Positions 61,199-64,000 of a DNA stretch of 64,000 nt are shown here, piece after piece. The notes beneath the pieces are model-generated. The model saw only the letters and a program-made list of their open reading frames with translations. It was not told the DNA's origin and did not search any database. A program made the translations under genes and the position numbers. Where the stretch lies: sequence record NC_047713.1; one strand, 5' to 3'. How positions within the stretch are numbered: position 1 is the stretch's first letter; each line of letters begins with the position of its first letter.

Positions 61199-64000
61199 AT
61201 GATCGGTACTGAGCTAGGTATTGACGTGAGAGTTAAGATTCAGGATGTGGTTTCCTCACAACTTCCTGATTATATTTTAAGTGAAGCTCCACTCACCGAC
61301 GATTTTCTAAAACAGTTTTACATATCTCAGGAATACCAAGGCGGTACTGTAGATTTTGCGTCAAACCTAGATCAATACCTCTCTCTGACAACACTTGGCA
61401 GTGAGAATCTTTATACTGCCTTTGAACTTACACAAGATGTAAGTATTGATGATACTATTATTCATGTTAATACTACAAGTACCTTCCCCAACGAATGGGG
61501 TCTTTTAAAGATTGATGATGAGATTGTCACCTATACCGGTCTCACCACAAACACCTTCACTGGAGTTGTAAGAGGTTTCAGTGGTATTTCTAGTTACAGA
61601 GATTCTGATAATCCTTCCGAACTTGTATTTGAAACCACAACCGCTGCCACTCACACTACAGAAACCAATGTTGAGAATCTATCAACACTCTTCCTAAAGA
61701 ATTTCTACGACAAACTCAAGTATACCTTTGCTCCTGGTTTTGAGAACCTAGAGTTCAATAGTGAAGTTAGTGTTGGTCAGTGGATTCGTCAGGCAAGATC
61801 ATTCTACCAATCTAAGGGTAGTGAAGAGTCCTTCAAGATTCTATTCAGAGTATTATATGGTGAAGATCCTCTAGTTATTGATCTAGAGCAGTTCCTTATC
61901 AAACCTTCCCAAGCAGAGTACTCTAGAAGGGACTATGCGGTTGCTATTCCAGTCAGTGGTAACCCTATAACCCTCAAGGGTAAGACAGTGTATCAGAGTG
62001 ATGCAGAGGACGTGTTTGGTGCCATCTCAGAGATTGAGACATTTACTAGAGATAACAAATTATATTACAGAATCTACTTCTTTGTTAGTAATGATGAAAT
62101 TGCTAATGAGAGAAAACTATTCACTATCCCTGGTAGATCAAGAACACAGAGAGGATGGAATCAGGGTGACACTACAATCACTGTAGATACTACTCTTGGG
62201 TTTAGGGATAACAACGAGTTTATCACTGAAGATGGAACTAAGTTTACATACTTGGAGAGAACTGTTAACCAGTTTCTAGGTGTTGAATGTAGTGATACAG
62301 AGAAAACACTAGGTGTTAATGAAGATATCATTGATGATATTACTATCTTTGGTATTAATGATGCTGGTGAGACTGTCTCATTACGTATGACTGGTGTTAT
62401 CTCTGATATTGAGTTCCCCGATGAAGTCCCATTCACTACACCTGGGGAGAAGATATCTGTAGATACCTTAGGTGAGAATATCATCTCTGCTGATGTAACT
62501 AGAAGTGAGCCTACACAGAGACAGATCATTGCTAATAGTTTCATCTATAACACTTCAGTAAGAATGGAAGTAGATGAACTCAATGGTTCTGATTTCCAAA
62601 TCAATACTGCCTACTTAGATAAAGCTTTCATTTCTCCTGGTGACTCTGTTGATATTCTCCAAAGAGGCTCGCAGCTTGTCTATGTCGCTAATCGCAAAGT
62701 AACCTCAGTTGACTATCTCAATAGTATTATAACAATCAATGACTCATTTGGCATCCCTTTAGATCAATCACTTGATATCAGAAGGAATCAGAACTATGCA
62801 AAGAGTAGCACTACAGATATTGAGTATGGTCAGAACTCTGTTCTATCCAATGTTCTGAACCTTTATGATGCAACAGAGTTTGATGGTAACTTCTATGTTG
62901 CAACTAACTCCCTACCTTCCTATGATATGGAAGTTAAAGTTGTTGAGAGTATCCTCACTGGAATCACTACTTCTAACTTTGAAGGATATAACTCATTCAC
63001 TGATCAGTACTCAACAATTATCTTTGATTCTGCCACTTCATTCATAACTGGTGATCTAATTTCATATAGAGTTATCTCAGTAGAAAGAACAGGTATTCCC
63101 CTTATCACTGAAGGTGAATACTTTGTAGAGGTTCTCAGCAACCCCAGAAAGATTAAACTATATGTATCACCTTCCTTCATTGGAAGTGATAACTTTGTTG
63201 GATTCGTATATAACGATGCAGTAGGTGCTCATGCATTCACTCTAGAGGAACAGAAAGATAGAAGAATCAATACTAAGAATGTATTCAAGAAGATTCCCTT
63301 TACAGCAACCAAACAGAATATCACTATCCCTAGAACACCCGATGTAACCCCCTCAGGTTCCCCTGTGGCAGTTCTTACTAATGGTGTAGAGGTATTGTCA
63401 TATAAGTCACCAGATAAGGTGTTCTTGGGTCCTTTAGAAGAAGTTGTTCCTGTTGCTTCTGGTGAGGGTTATAGTGTTATTGGACCACCCAATATCCTAA
63501 TCACACCACCTAATATTCAAGTTACAGATCCAACTGGTATTCCTACTGATGGTGGTGTTGCTAGAGTATCACCAGTTATCTCTGGTAGGTTGAAGAAGAT
63601 CTATATCGATCCACAAGACTTTGATATTGAGGAAGTATTCTCAATCACTGTTGTTGGTGGTAACAGTCGTGGTGCCACAGCAAAACCACAGATTTCTAAG
63701 AGAACTCGTTCTATCCCCTTTGATACGAGACTTGATATCTACGGTGGTGGTATTAATCCAAATGAAGAGACCATCCTATTCTTAACTGAACACAAACTCG
63801 CCAAGGGTGATGCAATTATCTACGAAAACAACGATACACAAAGTATTGGTGTTAATGTTGCTGGTGGTAGTAACATCTATAATGGCCAGACACTATCTAA
63901 CGGTGCTGTGTATTTTGCAGAACCCCTTAATAATGTAACCATTAAGATCTATGAGACTCTAGAAGATTTGAACTTGGGTATCAATACCGTTGGGTTCACT
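61199..64000 (+). CDS. gp7: Baseplate wedge initiator (3'-partial; absent from track)
   Basis: ATG 61199; frame checked at both ends. VKIQDVVSSQLPDYI...FLKQFYISQEYQGG, FYQSKGSEESFKILFRVLYG; follows gp6. Confidence 0.85.
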   Translation, partial: MIGTELGIDVRVKIQDVVSSQLPDYILSEAPLTDDFLKQFYISQEYQGGTVDFASNLDQYLSLTTLGSENLYTAFELTQDVSIDDTIIHVNTTSTFPNEWGLLKIDDEIVTYTGLTTNTFTGVVRGFSGISSYRDSDNPSELVFETTTAATHTTETNVENLSTLFLKNFYDKLKYTFAPGFENLEFNSEVSVGQWIRQARSFYQSKGSEESFKILFRVLYGEDPLVIDLEQFLIKPSQAEYSRRDYAVAIPVSGNPITLKGKTVYQSDAEDVFGAISEIETFTRDNKLYYRIYFFVSNDEIANERKLFTIPGRSRTQRGWNQGDTTITVDTTLGFRDNNEFITEDGTKFTYLERTVNQFLGVECSDTEKTLGVNEDIIDDITIFGINDAGETVSLRMTGVISDIEFPDEVPFTTPGEKISVDTLGENIISADVTRSEPTQRQIIANSFIYNTSVRMEVDELNGSDFQINTAYLDKAFISPGDSVDILQRGSQLVYVANRKVTSVDYLNSIITINDSFGIPLDQSLDIRRNQNYAKSSTTDIEYGQNSVLSNVLNLYDATEFDGNFYVATNSLPSYDMEVKVVESILTGITTSNFEGYNSFTDQYSTIIFDSATSFITGDLISYRVISVERTGIPLITEGEYFVEVLSNPRKIKLYVSPSFIGSDNFVGFVYNDAVGAHAFTLEEQKDRRINTKNVFKKIPFTATKQNITIPRTPDVTPSGSPVAVLTNGVEVLSYKSPDKVFLGPLEEVVPVASGEGYSVIGPPNILITPPNIQVTDPTGIPTDGGVARVSPVISGRLKKIYIDPQDFDIEEVFSITVVGGNSRGATAKPQISKRTRSIPFDTRLDIYGGGINPNEETILFLTEHKLAKGDAIIYENNDTQSIGVNVAGGSNIYNGQTLSNGAVYFAEPLNNVTIKIYETLEDLNLGINTVGFT

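Noticed and set aside
61998-63047. Small ORFs in the apparent gap after gp6
   Set aside because: The region is occupied by the gp7 frame from 61199, which the track omitted because it has no stop inside the window.

Overview
This window is a fragment of a T4-like cyanomyovirus genome (marine Synechococcus/Prochlorococcus phage type), judged from the T4 core gene set plus petE and cp12. It has three zones. (1) 1-27.6 kb: the end of gp32, plastocyanin, gp4, and a late structural block (gp54/48/53/26/51, two tape-measure-like proteins, one carrying lysozyme and M23 domains, gp27-like, gp5), followed by a Thr-rich collagen-like fibre gene next to methyltransferase/glycosyltransferase/2OG-Fe(II) oxygenase genes and two large fibre genes. 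(2) 27.6-56.5 kb: a hyperplastic early region of about 85 small, almost all plus-strand ORFs. It is punctuated by about 30 copies of an ~85-bp element: a 24-bp 9-6-9 palindrome TGTG(A/C)CA(G/C)(T/C)-N6-A(G/C)TGGCACA, a GC hairpin over the -35 position, an extended -10, and a conserved leader. The region also holds a perfect 576-bp tandem duplication, a gapless 148-bp non-coding repeat pair, HNH and GIY-YIG endonucleases, an SF2 helicase, many signal-peptide proteins and a repeat-rich low-coding boundary. (3) 56.5-64 kb: conserved small genes, then gp25, gp6 and the start of gp7. I found no tRNA, rRNA, CRISPR array, integrase or reverse transcriptase. All calls come from motif recognition by eye; no database searches were run.
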